Translations under genes and position numbers: made by a program
Shown: positions 34,772 through 42,807 of the stretch, one piece after another
Numbering within the stretch: position 1 is the first letter of the stretch
Layout: each line of letters starts with the position of its first letter
The notes under the pieces: generated by a model
The model's input: only the letters and a program-made list of their open reading frames with translations
Databases searched by the model: none
What the model was told of the DNA's origin: nothing
From: a virus
Strand: one strand, 5' to 3'
IMG/VR virus record: IMGVR_UViG_3300005331_000001
DNA length: 48,448 nt

Positions 34772-34872
34772 ACGCGCCTCTATTACGTCAGCACTCAACC
34801 CGCGCCCATCGGCAACCAGCGGGAGGAAGGAGTGTTGAACGAATACAGGTGAACCAACGAATGGAGAGAGTC

Positions 34873-35112
34873 ATGAGTGATCCAGACGGCGGTACCGCAT
34901 TCCCTATCGTCCATCCAGACGGAGGCGGCGTTCAGTATTTCGGTATGAGCCTGCGCGACTACTTCGCGGCCCAAGCGCTACAAGGCCAGATGCAGCGCGA
35001 AAAGGACTTCGGCAAGACCGTTCGCGAGCAGGGTTTCGCCAAATACGCAGCGCATATCGCTGAGACCTCATATCAGCTTGCCGACGCCATGCTCGCCGCC
35101 CGTTCCGCCTAA
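34873..35112 (+). CDS. Hypothetical protein (79 aa)
   Basis: A GGAGAGAG ribosome-binding site precedes the start. The sequence contains GMSLRDYFAAQALQG. Confidence 0.55.
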   Translation: MSDPDGGTAFPIVHPDGGGVQYFGMSLRDYFAAQALQGQMQREKDFGKTVREQGFAKYAAHIAETSYQLADAMLAARSA

Positions 35113-35133
35113 CCCCAAACACTGGAGGTCGCC

Positions 35134-35412
35134 ATGCACCACTGTACCGATACCCAAGCAGTCTGCCGTGGTTGCGGCCTCAAGTTGCGGGGCTCGCCAT
35201 CTTGGAAAGGTGGCCTCGCCTATCACCCTGAGCCGAAAGGTGAGGTCTACCAGTGCCACTACGGCGGCTGGGTCTGCTCGCGCCGTTGCGACATCCGCGC
35301 CTGCGTAGAGCTGGAAGGAACGATGCCAGGCTGCGGTGGCGTGAACGGCTACGAGCGGCTTTCCACCTACGCAAAAGAGAGCATTGAGCGCCACTGGCCG
35401 GAGGCAGCATGA
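35134..35412 (+). CDS. Cys-rich hypothetical protein (92 aa)
   Basis: A GGAGG ribosome-binding site precedes the start. The protein has several CxxC-like pairs. Confidence 0.55.
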   Translation: MHHCTDTQAVCRGCGLKLRGSPSWKGGLAYHPEPKGEVYQCHYGGWVCSRRCDIRACVELEGTMPGCGGVNGYERLSTYAKESIERHWPEAA

Positions 35413-35846
35413 ACGCAGCATTGAAGATATGCCAGGAGCGTTACGACGCTCAGTTGCCTCCAGAGATCAGCGAGGCGGACCCGGAGCAAGAGTGGCTGGA
35501 GCACTCGGCCGAGCAATTGGTGTGCGGCATGGACATCAAGTGGAAGCGCCGCTACGGCCAGCCGCAGGTGGTGACATTCGATCGGTTCTGCACGTACCTG
35601 CAAGGCCACCTGAACCAGCGCCAGATCGACGGCCTGGATGAGCGCGACTCGCTTGCCCGGCTGTTCCTGTCTTCGATCCTGGGCAGCCAGGCCGACTCGC
35701 GCGGCCACGCTGCTGACTTAATCGGCCAGCCCCGCCCCATCGAAGCCGCAGAGCGCATCGCTATGGACCTGCTTAGGCCCTATGCCGCCGACGCAGTAGC
35801 AGCGGAGCGGGAAGCGGCAGAAGACGACGTGGATGCCGATCTATGA
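35409..35846 (+). CDS. Hypothetical protein (145 aa)
   Basis: ATGA start/stop overlap with its neighbour. Confidence 0.55.
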   Translation: MNAALKICQERYDAQLPPEISEADPEQEWLEHSAEQLVCGMDIKWKRRYGQPQVVTFDRFCTYLQGHLNQRQIDGLDERDSLARLFLSSILGSQADSRGHAADLIGQPRPIEAAERIAMDLLRPYAADAVAAEREAAEDDVDADL

Positions 35847-36034
35847 GCCCTCACATCCTGATCGATGAGGCGCTCGAGGCCCTGGAGCACCCAGCCAGCG
35901 AGCCCGGCGCCCAGCGCGTCGTCCTGAACATGATCACCAACATGCTCACCGGCAGCGCAATCACCACCGAAGAGTTCAACCACTACTGCCAGCGCCTCCT
36001 GAAAATCACCAGGCAGCGCAAGGAGGCCGCATGA
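35843..36034 (+). CDS. Hypothetical protein (63 aa)
   Basis: ATGA overlaps at both ends. Confidence 0.5.
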   Translation: MSPHILIDEALEALEHPASEPGAQRVVLNMITNMLTGSAITTEEFNHYCQRLLKITRQRKEAA

Positions 36035-36180
36035 ACAGCATGACCTTGGCTTTCACCCACAAGTCCTGGCTTGGCGCCCTGTCGCTGGCCTACGACGCCG
36101 GTATCGAGAACGTCCACGCCTGGAGCCGCCGGGCCTGTCTGTGCGGTGAGTGGACTGTCGCCTACGAAGTAAAGGTGTGA
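36031..36180 (+). CDS. Small hypothetical protein (49 aa), not in the ORF track
   Basis: ATGA overlap with the upstream gene. Translation: MNSMTLAFTHKSWLGALSLAYDAGIENVHAWSRRACLCGEWTVAYEVKV. Confidence 0.4.
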   Translation: MNSMTLAFTHKSWLGALSLAYDAGIENVHAWSRRACLCGEWTVAYEVKV

Positions 36181-36296
36181 CCACCTACCAGCGGCACCGG
36201 CGCCGCGCCATCCGCGCTCTGTCGGCCATCGTTGGCCTGACCTTCCTCACGATCGTTTTCTTGGGCCCCGCCATCGGCGGCCTGATCACCCAATAA
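36177..36296 (+). CDS. Possible small single-pass membrane peptide (39 aa, GTG start), not in the ORF track
   Basis: VTTYQRHRRRAIRALSAIVGLTFLTIVFLGPAIGGLITQ has a basic N-terminus and one hydrophobic helix. Confidence 0.3.
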   Translation: MTTYQRHRRRAIRALSAIVGLTFLTIVFLGPAIGGLITQ

Positions 36297-36339
36297 CCAA
36301 CACCTTCAATCGCTGCGAGCATCGCGGCAGGGAGTCACC

Positions 36340-37497
36340 GTGTCCGCACAACAGCAAATCATCACTATCGACGACATCAGCGCCGACAACGCGCCGGCCA
36401 TCTACGTTGCCGGTGGCCTGGGCCAGTTCTTCGACGCGGTGAAGGCCGAAGTCACTGCCGAGGTTCCGGACCTGACGACCGTGAAAGGTCGCGCTCGAAT
36501 TGCATCCCTGGCTGCAACGGTGAGCAAGTCCAAAAAGGCAGTAGAAACACCCGGCCGCGATTACCTGAAGCGCCTCAAGGAAATGCCCAAGGTGGTCGAG
36601 GCTGAACTGCGCGAGTTCGTCACCAAGATGGACAACCTGCGCGATTCCACCCGCCAGCCCCTGACGGATTGGGAAAACGCTGACCAGGCGCGCAAAGATA
36701 AGCACGTTGATGGTATCGACAGCATGAAGGACATGGCGCTGTTCGGCGCAACACCTCCTGCGTCCGTAGTTGCCCGGGTAATCGCCGACCTCGAAGCCAT
36801 TGAAATCAACGATTCTTGGGAAGAGTTCCTAGCTGAAGCGGCCCAGGTGAAGGACCAGACCCTGGCGAAGTTGCGCACCCTGCACGCCGAGCGCACCCAG
36901 TACGAGGCCGAACAGGCCGAACTGACCCGCCTCCGTGCCGAGGCAGAAGCTCAGGCCCAGCGCGACCGTGACGCAGAGATTGCCCGGGTAGCCGCAGAAC
37001 AGGCCAGGCTCCAAGCTGAGCAGAAGGCCCAGGCCGAACGCGATGCCGCAACGCGCCGTGAACAGGAACTGCTGGACCAGGCCGCCGCCACTCAGCGCGC
37101 CGCCGCACAGGCCGCACTGGATGCCGAGGCCGCCGCCGAACGCCAGCGCCTGCAACTGGAGCTGCAAACCGAACAGTCCCGCGCTGCAGCGGCACAGGCT
37201 GAAGCCAATCGCATCGCCGCCGAGCAGCGCGCTGAGCAAGAACGCATCGCTGCGGTGCGACGCGCTGAAGAGGCTGCCGAATTGGCCCGCCAAGATGAGC
37301 GCCGACGAGCTGATGCGGCCGCCGCCGAAATTGTCCGTCAGCAAGAGATGCGCGAACGCGACGAGGCGCATCGCCGCGCCATTAATCGCACTGCCCTGGA
37401 AGCCTTCATCGCAGGCGGCATGCCAGAGGAATGCGCCAAGCAGGCAGTCAAGTTGATTGCTCAGCGCAAGATCCCAGCTATCACCATTTCCTATTGA
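36340..37497 (+). CDS. Hypothetical protein with a long Ala/Glu/Gln/Arg-rich (TolA-like) coiled coil (385 aa)
   Basis: GTG start after GGGAG. The central part is AEAEAQAQRDRDAEIARVAAEQARLQAEQKAQAERD... The gene precedes the ERF gene. Confidence 0.6.
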   Translation: MSAQQQIITIDDISADNAPAIYVAGGLGQFFDAVKAEVTAEVPDLTTVKGRARIASLAATVSKSKKAVETPGRDYLKRLKEMPKVVEAELREFVTKMDNLRDSTRQPLTDWENADQARKDKHVDGIDSMKDMALFGATPPASVVARVIADLEAIEINDSWEEFLAEAAQVKDQTLAKLRTLHAERTQYEAEQAELTRLRAEAEAQAQRDRDAEIARVAAEQARLQAEQKAQAERDAATRREQELLDQAAATQRAAAQAALDAEAAAERQRLQLELQTEQSRAAAAQAEANRIAAEQRAEQERIAAVRRAEEAAELARQDERRRADAAAAEIVRQQEMRERDEAHRRAINRTALEAFIAGGMPEECAKQAVKLIAQRKIPAITISY

Positions 37498-37504
37498 GGT
37501 CGCC

Positions 37505-38281
37505 ATGACTAACGCAGCCTTGGCTGAGCGCACAGAAACTCAGCAGGTCGCCAGCCCGGCGACCACCAATGAATCAACCGCGATGCTGACAATGATCCAG
37601 CGCGCCGCGACAGACCCAGCATTCGATGCAGACAAAATGCAGAAGATGATGGAGATGTACGAGCGCCACACGGACCGTACGGCAGCAGCTGCCTTCAACG
37701 CCGCGATGGTTAGGGCCCAAGCAGAAATCGGCCCGGTGTTCCGTGACAAGTTCAACGCCCAAACGAGCAGCGCCTATGCGGCTCTTGAGTCGATTGATCG
37801 CAAGATTTCACCGGTCTACACGCTGCACGGGTTTTCGCTGTCGTTTGGCACTGGCGATAGCCCTCTGGTCGGTTACATCCGCACTGTCTGCGATTGCATG
37901 CATGAGGCCGGGCACACAAAGACCTATCACGTCGATCTTCCTATCGACTCTGCAGGCATCAAAGGCAGCGTGAACAAGACCGGCGTTCATGCAGCAGGAT
38001 CTACCTTCAGTTACGCCCGTCGCTACCTGACAATGATGATTTTCAACGTCGTCCTGACCAATGAGGACGACGATGGAAATGGTGCGGGTCCTGAGCCGGC
38101 TCCTGAACCTGTCATCACACACGGACAGGCGGCACAGCTCGACGCACTGCTGCAGAAGTGCAGTCAGGTACTCCAGGACAACTTCAAAGCCAAGTACGGC
38201 TGTGCCGCCAACGTCTTCAAGTCCGAATTCGATGCCGTCTCGGCTCGTATCAGCAAGGCCGCCAGCAGGCCGCAGGAGTAA
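37505..38281 (+). CDS. erf: ERF-family single-strand annealing protein (258 aa)
   Basis: ..YAALESIDRKISPVYTLHGFSL...KGSVNKTGVHAAGSTFSYARRYL.. is the ERF pattern. Confidence 0.72.
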   Translation: MTNAALAERTETQQVASPATTNESTAMLTMIQRAATDPAFDADKMQKMMEMYERHTDRTAAAAFNAAMVRAQAEIGPVFRDKFNAQTSSAYAALESIDRKISPVYTLHGFSLSFGTGDSPLVGYIRTVCDCMHEAGHTKTYHVDLPIDSAGIKGSVNKTGVHAAGSTFSYARRYLTMMIFNVVLTNEDDDGNGAGPEPAPEPVITHGQAAQLDALLQKCSQVLQDNFKAKYGCAANVFKSEFDAVSARISKAASRPQE

Positions 38282-38284
38282 GTC

Positions 38285-38902
38285 ATGCAGATCATCACAG
38301 AAGTTGAGCAGGGCTCGCCTGAGTGGCTTGCGTTGCGCCTGGGCATTGTCACCTGCTCTGAGCTGGAATGCCTGCTGGTTAACGGCAAGGGCGAGGCAGG
38401 TTTCGGCGCTGGTGCCTTCACCTACATGAACACGCTGATCGGCGAGCGCATCACCGGTGAAGCGGCCGACCCGTTCATGGGCAACCGACACACCGAGCGC
38501 GGTCATGAGCTGGAAGGTGTCGCCCGCAAGCTCTACGAGCAGCGCGAGGAAGTCGAAACCAACCAGGTGGCGATCATCCTCAACCACGGCGCCGGTTATT
38601 CGCCTGACTCACTGGTAGGCCCCACGGGCTTGACGGAAATCAAAACCAAGCTGCCGAAGTTTCAGGTCGAGGTGATCCTGTCTGGCGAGATTCCAAAAGA
38701 ACACGTCGCACAGTGCCAGGGTGGCCTGTGGATATCGGAACGCGAGTGGATCGACTTTGTTTGCTACTGGCCCGGCATGCCCCTGTTCATCAAGCGCGCA
38801 TACCGGGACGAAGCGTTGATCCGCAAGCTCTCGGAGCGCGTGAAGACCTTCTACGAAATCCTTGAAGACCGCATGAACCAAGTATTGGGGATCGCAGCAT
38901 GA
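38285..38902 (+). CDS. YqaJ-type viral recombinase exonuclease (PD-(D/E)XK, 205 aa)
   Basis: QGSPEWLALRLGIVTCSE...GHELE...SPDSLV...LTEIKT is the YqaJ/lambda-Exo-like pattern. Confidence 0.82.
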   Translation: MQIITEVEQGSPEWLALRLGIVTCSELECLLVNGKGEAGFGAGAFTYMNTLIGERITGEAADPFMGNRHTERGHELEGVARKLYEQREEVETNQVAIILNHGAGYSPDSLVGPTGLTEIKTKLPKFQVEVILSGEIPKEHVAQCQGGLWISEREWIDFVCYWPGMPLFIKRAYRDEALIRKLSERVKTFYEILEDRMNQVLGIAA

Positions 38903-39147
38903 CCTACGTCAGCAACAATCTCAGCCTGGTCGAGCAGCACCACCAGGACGCTTACTCGATATCGGAGCGCACGGCGGAGTTCTTGGCAGCAGGCGGGACA
39001 GTCGCGCAGTTGCCAAGCCCGCCACGCAAACCGCTGCCACCACCCCGCTCCACCAAGATCGATCCCGAAACCATCCTCAAGCGCCGCAAGCCGTCTATCA
39101 CAGCGGCAGAACGTAAGGCGCTGCGCAAACTCGCGGAGGCATTATGA
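38899..39147 (+). CDS. Hypothetical protein (82 aa)
   Basis: ATGA overlap with its neighbour. Confidence 0.5.
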   Translation: MTYVSNNLSLVEQHHQDAYSISERTAEFLAAGGTVAQLPSPPRKPLPPPRSTKIDPETILKRRKPSITAAERKALRKLAEAL

Positions 39148-39614
39148 GCAAGCGCAAGCCGCATAACCTCCAGGCTCGCATTGCCCGGTCGTGCCGCTCG
39201 CTTCTGGCATCCAACCATGTCGCAGTGGTGAACATCGACCCCAGCGGTCGCCAGGGCATGATCAACTACAAATCGCTGAAGAACATCGCACCGGGAAAGA
39301 TTGGCCAGGCTGTCTGCGGCATTCCCCACCGGTGGACGATATACCTCAGCACCCTATGCATAGACGCCCGCGGCGACCGCTACAGCAAATCGGTGGAGGT
39401 GGCGCCCGATGGCGTTTACCTCTCCGACCACCTGGAAGACGTGATCGAGCATTGCTACAAGAAGCTGCGCGACGAGGCCAACCAAAGCCAGATGGTGGCC
39501 TCGGGCTGGATCGCCATCCCGGAAGCGATTTCGCTGGATGAGGCGCACGCCGCGCGGATCTTCGAAGCTGTCGGCGCCTGGCGTCAGGTGAAGGTCGATT
39601 CATGCGCCGCATAG
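39144..39614 (+). CDS. Hypothetical protein (156 aa)
   Basis: ATGA overlap with its neighbour. Confidence 0.5.
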   Translation: MSKRKPHNLQARIARSCRSLLASNHVAVVNIDPSGRQGMINYKSLKNIAPGKIGQAVCGIPHRWTIYLSTLCIDARGDRYSKSVEVAPDGVYLSDHLEDVIEHCYKKLRDEANQSQMVASGWIAIPEAISLDEAHAARIFEAVGAWRQVKVDSCAA

Positions 39615-39683
39615 CCCGCATCAAGCAACGCAAACGTCAAACCTGGCTCGCACTGCCGGCCAGCGGAATAGAAGAGGTAGGCC

Positions 39684-39995
39684 ATGGCTGCCGCGCAGAA
39701 AGAACGATCAGCAAAGACTGCGGCGAGGCGAAAGACTCGCGGCGAGGAAGAGTTACGACTCCACACCATGGCTGGCACACGCCAGGCCTTGGCTGACCTA
39801 ATGGCCTGGCACGGTATCGAGGAACAGGGCGAGGCCATGACGCTGATGATTCACCACCTGCACGGCCTCGGCCCAGCAGGGTCAGCGCAGTTCCTCTCAC
39901 CGCCGCGACACGAATACGTGATACCCGAAAACGTGTCGGCAAAATTACTGCTCGCCTATAACCGCGAAGCTCTTCGCATCTGCCACGACGAATAA
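39684..39995 (+). CDS. Hypothetical protein (103 aa)
   Basis: A GAGG ribosome-binding site lies upstream. Confidence 0.5.
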   Translation: MAAAQKERSAKTAARRKTRGEEELRLHTMAGTRQALADLMAWHGIEEQGEAMTLMIHHLHGLGPAGSAQFLSPPRHEYVIPENVSAKLLLAYNREALRICHDE

Positions 39996-40052
39996 CGCAC
40001 CCTACTCGCTGCATCCGGTAACCGGAGGGCGGCGCCTATCTGAGGTAACCGC

Positions 40053-40664
40053 ATGAAAACCGAAATGATCACCCTGAAGCACGGCGACGTGTCTATCAAG
40101 ATGCCATCCAGTGCTCTGGCAAAACTGGCGATCGCCAGCGTGTTCGCCCAGGTGCTTCCGCCGGCGGCGAATGTGCAGCCAGTAGCGCCTTCCACTATCC
40201 CGGAGATCGGCCAACCGTGGCCGGGCCAGGGTGGGCTCAATGGCGGTTTGGTTCACGCTCGCGGTGACGTGCCAGCGCACTACCTGATCATCGCTGCAAC
40301 GGACGTTGGTAGTCTTGAGTGGGGCGGCCGCGGAGTCGAAGTGAAGGGCCTCAGCAAGACCGACGGCTACACCAACACCCAGGTGCTGATCGGTAACGAT
40401 GACGAGCGCGAGTATCCAGCCGCCGACGCGTGCGCCGAGTACCAGGCTGATGGTCACCACGACTTCTATCTGCCGGCTGCTGCCGAGCTGTACCAGGGCT
40501 GGCTTAACTGTCCCGAGGTGTTCGCACAGGACTGCTACTACTGGTCCTCTTCGCAGCGCTCAGCCTACTACGCTTTCCTCATGACCTTCGGTGATGGCAT
40601 TCAGCTCAACGGCGCCAAGGGCGGCGAGCTCCGTGTCCGCCCCGTCCGCAGATTCTTTATTTAA
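40053..40664 (+). CDS. DUF1566 (Lcl C-terminal / C-type-lectin-like) domain protein, paralog A (203 aa)
   Basis: ..DFYLPAAAELYQ...YYWSSSQRSAYYAFLMTFGDGIQLNGAKGGELRVRPVR is the DUF1566 C-terminal pattern. GAGG ribosome-binding site. Confidence 0.7.
   Translation: MKTEMITLKHGDVSIKMPSSALAKLAIASVFAQVLPPAANVQPVAPSTIPEIGQPWPGQGGLNGGLVHARGDVPAHYLIIAATDVGSLEWGGRGVEVKGLSKTDGYTNTQVLIGNDDEREYPAADACAEYQADGHHDFYLPAAAELYQGWLNCPEVFAQDCYYWSSSQRSAYYAFLMTFGDGIQLNGAKGGELRVRPVRRFFI
40539..40651 (+). repeat. VR-like 3' segment of paralog A
   Basis: It pairs with 41236..41348. Runs of 23 nt and 29 nt are identical and flank a 49-nt patch that differs almost only at the 1st and 2nd positions of nine codons. Confidence 0.6.
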
Positions 40665-40699
40665 TCCTTCATTCATTCGTTCTTGATCCGGCATACCAG

Positions 40700-40718
40700 G
40701 GCGCACAGCGCCTTTTTT
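40700..40718 (+). terminator. Terminator-like hairpin after paralog A
   Basis: GGCGC-ACA-GCGCC followed by TTTTTT. Confidence 0.6.
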
Positions 40719-40743
40719 GTTGCCTTCGAAAAGAGGAATCATC

Positions 40744-41364
40744 ATGTCCGCAGTTGAGAAAGCAGCACCAGCAATAGCCATCCCGGCCATCGGCCAGGCC
40801 TACGGCGGCGGTTTCGTCACCGGCATTACCCGCGACCCAGCCAACGGTAAGCGCTCCCTGCATATCACCGCCGGTGCTGAGCACGAGCTGGTCGGTGAAT
40901 GGGGCAAGTACGGCGAGAAGGTCGAAGGGGCCGACAGCTTTACCAACAGCCTGTCGAACACCCATGCTATGGCGGCGGCCGGTAGCGAACTGGCGATCAA
41001 GGTTCTGGCGCTGACCATTGGCGGGCACGCTGACTGGGCGATTCCGGCGCGAGATGTCCAGGAACTGCAATACCGTCACTTCAAGCCCACCACCGAAGAG
41101 AACTGGGCGAACTCACGCAATGGCGATAACCCGCACAGTGAACCTGTAGGCCAGCTGTACAGCGAGGAAGACCCTCTGCAAACCGTGCACGAAGCCTTCC
41201 AAGAAGGCGGCGCCGAAGCGTTTCGCGACACATGGTACTGGTCGAGTTCGCAGCGCTCAGCCTACTACGCATTCTTCATGTACTTCGTTGTTGGCCATCA
41301 GTTCTACGGCGGCAAGTTCGGCGAGCTCCGTGTCCGCCCCGTCCGCAGCGAACTTATTGATTAA
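40744..41364 (+). CDS. DUF1566 domain protein, paralog B (206 aa)
   Basis: ..WYWSSSQRSAYYAFFMYFVVGHQFYGGKFGELRVRPVR. AGAGGAA ribosome-binding site. The N-terminal two-thirds are strongly diverged from paralog A. Confidence 0.7.
   Translation: MSAVEKAAPAIAIPAIGQAYGGGFVTGITRDPANGKRSLHITAGAEHELVGEWGKYGEKVEGADSFTNSLSNTHAMAAAGSELAIKVLALTIGGHADWAIPARDVQELQYRHFKPTTEENWANSRNGDNPHSEPVGQLYSEEDPLQTVHEAFQEGGAEAFRDTWYWSSSQRSAYYAFFMYFVVGHQFYGGKFGELRVRPVRSELID
41236..41348 (+). repeat. VR-like 3' segment of paralog B
   Basis: See 40539..40651. Confidence 0.6.
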
Positions 41365-41378
41365 TTCGCTTATTTAAT

Positions 41379-41396
41379 CCGGCCGCTTGCGGCCGG
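41379..41396 (+). other. GC hairpin with a 7-bp stem and a 4-nt loop downstream of paralog B
   Basis: CCGGCCG-CTTG-CGGCCGG begins 31 bp after the VR-like segment. It could be a terminator or a DGR-type target-recognition hairpin. Confidence 0.5.
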
Positions 41397-41418
41397 TTGC
41401 TCTTGGAGAGCGAGCCAC

Positions 41419-41775
41419 ATGGCAATGCATACGGAACTTGCGATCTATAAGGCTTCGATGGGCCTGCTGCATATGGCCACAACGATGACCCGGAACATCC
41501 CCCGCGACCTGAAGCAGTCACTCGGCAAGCGAATGATCGACGAATGCATCGAAGTGCTGATGCTGATTGCACGTGCCAACGCAACCCAGGATAAACGGCC
41601 ACACCTGACCCTGCTGGTCGAGAAGGTGCAGGTAGTCGAGTTCCTGATGCGGCTCTTCAAATACAACCGCTTTATCAGCATCCCGCAACACGCCCAGGCA
41701 ATTGAGGTAACGGCTTCAATCGGCAAGCAAGCAAACGCCTGGAAACGCTCAACCCCAACCGCGCCCGCTACCTGA
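41419..41775 (+). CDS. Four-helix-bundle protein (23S rRNA intervening-sequence / Avd-like family, 118 aa)
   Basis: LAIYKASMGLLHMATTMTRNIPRDLKQSLGKRMIDECIEVLMLIARAN....L..L...VEFLMRL......IS..Q.......ASIGKQANAW matches the family's spacing pattern (recalled from memory). Confidence 0.55.
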   Translation: MAMHTELAIYKASMGLLHMATTMTRNIPRDLKQSLGKRMIDECIEVLMLIARANATQDKRPHLTLLVEKVQVVEFLMRLFKYNRFISIPQHAQAIEVTASIGKQANAWKRSTPTAPAT

Positions 41776-41944
41776 AGGTTACGGCTTTCTGGTCTGTGCG
41801 AATTGAATCTGGTCGTGCCGCTGACCTGATAGGTCACCGCCATGCGCATCAAAGATACCGCCGGTCTAAAGCGTCCGGGCAGGTCTCGCGCAGTTTCCTT
41901 GCTGATCGGCACTGCCTTCGGTTTGGCGATGTAGATAGCTCGAC

Positions 41945-41986
41945 AGGTCGCAGCGCTCCGACAACAACGCATATATTCAGAATTTC
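41945..41986 (+). other. A-rich relic resembling the 5' part of the VR segments (possible decayed template repeat)
   Basis: In my hand alignment 41948..41986 matches 41248..41286 at 27 of 39 positions. Seven of the 12 mismatches have A in this copy (TCGCAGCGCTCcGaCaACaACGCATaTaT..). Confidence 0.3.
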
Positions 41987-42004
41987 CACCGAGGATCTGC
42001 ACCA

Positions 42005-42625
42005 ATGGCAAAGTTTGAACCGGGCGAAACATTCGGGCGGCTCACCGTTACCCGCTGGGATAGCGCCTCATCCGTTCAGTGCATCTGCTCATGCGGAACA
42101 GCGTTCGTAGGGGTGGCGGGGAATATGCGTTCCGGCGCAACGCAAAGCTGCGGCTGTATCCGGAAAGAGAAAAACAATCACGTAACCCACGGGCATACCG
42201 GAAGCCTGACGCACAAGAGATGGCGGTCAATGCGTGCCAGGTGCCTGAATAAGAACGCCAGCAACTACCCGCAGTATGGCGGGTCCGGAATCGGCATCTG
42301 CGCAGAGTGGGATGACTTTGAGCGCTTCCTTTCGGACATGGGCGAATGCCCAGGGGAAGGCTTCACGCTGGACCGTGAGGATGGAAACAAAGGCTATTCG
42401 CCCGGCAACTGCCGCTGGGCAACAAGGGTTCAACAGGCCCGCAATCAGTCCACCAATAAGCTGATTACCTTCCGCGGCGAAACGCTCGGCCTGAGTGAGT
42501 GGGCCGAAAAGCTTGGAATCAAATCACAGACCATACAAAACCGGCTCCGGAAGGGCTGGTCGATTGATGAGGCGCTTGGCACGACCGGTGACGCCAGAGC
42601 TTTCCGAAAGAGTCGCGCCGAATAA
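42005..42625 (+). CDS. Zn-ribbon / AP2-like DNA-binding protein of a homing-endonuclease-associated type (206 aa)
   Basis: N-terminal FGRLTV...CICSCG...SCGC, then ..WRSMRARC...YGG.GI..C.EW..F..F..DMG and a C-terminal HTH-like LSEWAEKLGIKSQTIQNRLRKGWS. Confidence 0.5.
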   Translation: MAKFEPGETFGRLTVTRWDSASSVQCICSCGTAFVGVAGNMRSGATQSCGCIRKEKNNHVTHGHTGSLTHKRWRSMRARCLNKNASNYPQYGGSGIGICAEWDDFERFLSDMGECPGEGFTLDREDGNKGYSPGNCRWATRVQQARNQSTNKLITFRGETLGLSEWAEKLGIKSQTIQNRLRKGWSIDEALGTTGDARAFRKSRAE

Positions 42626-42807
42626 TCCCGCCAACAGCTACTTCGGTCTGCTCAGCCAGGCCAGCCATAGCGAGAAAGACCGGGCGGCACTCGCCCGCGT
42701 CGTGCTGAAGCGCGGCAACAGCGTCAACGCGGCGATGACCAAGACCTTTCAGAAGAAGTAATCCCACCCCCATATCAACGAATCACGCCAGCCGGCGAGG
42801 ATCCCCT

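Noticed and set aside
34574-34798. A 74-aa minus-strand ORF and a 64-aa plus-strand GTG ORF (34543..34737) in the ORF-free region.
   Set aside because: Neither has a ribosome-binding site. The minus-strand ORF starts beyond and reads through the plus-strand terminator hairpin, and the amino-acid composition is implausible.
36900-37350. Repetitive-looking DNA in the 385-aa gene, considered as a tandem repeat array.
   Set aside because: It is compositionally biased coding sequence for A/E/Q/R coiled-coil heptads. No exact DNA repeat unit was seen.
40635-40649. GTCCGCcccGTCCGC at the end of both VR-like segments equals the half-site of the putative ori iterons.
   Set aside because: The spacing is 9 bp rather than 11 bp. 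The sequence is dictated by the conserved RVRPVR codons, and a GC-rich hexamer is expected many times in 48 kb. It is probably a coincidence.
40539-41348. The possibility that one of the two DUF1566 3' segments is itself the template repeat for the other.
   Set aside because: At the 12 variable positions neither copy is uniformly A. Copy A reads c,a,c,g,a,a,t,c,a,c,g,g and copy B reads t,t,a,t,t,c,a,t,t,g,t,t. Both therefore look like VRs rather than a TR/VR pair.
41445-42032. A 195-aa minus-strand ORF covering the Avd-like gene and the spacer, checked as a possible RT remnant (..IYIAKPKAVPI..).
   Set aside because: It has no RT motifs, and most of it is antisense to a better-supported gene. 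Its composition is Arg-, Cys- and Ser-rich.
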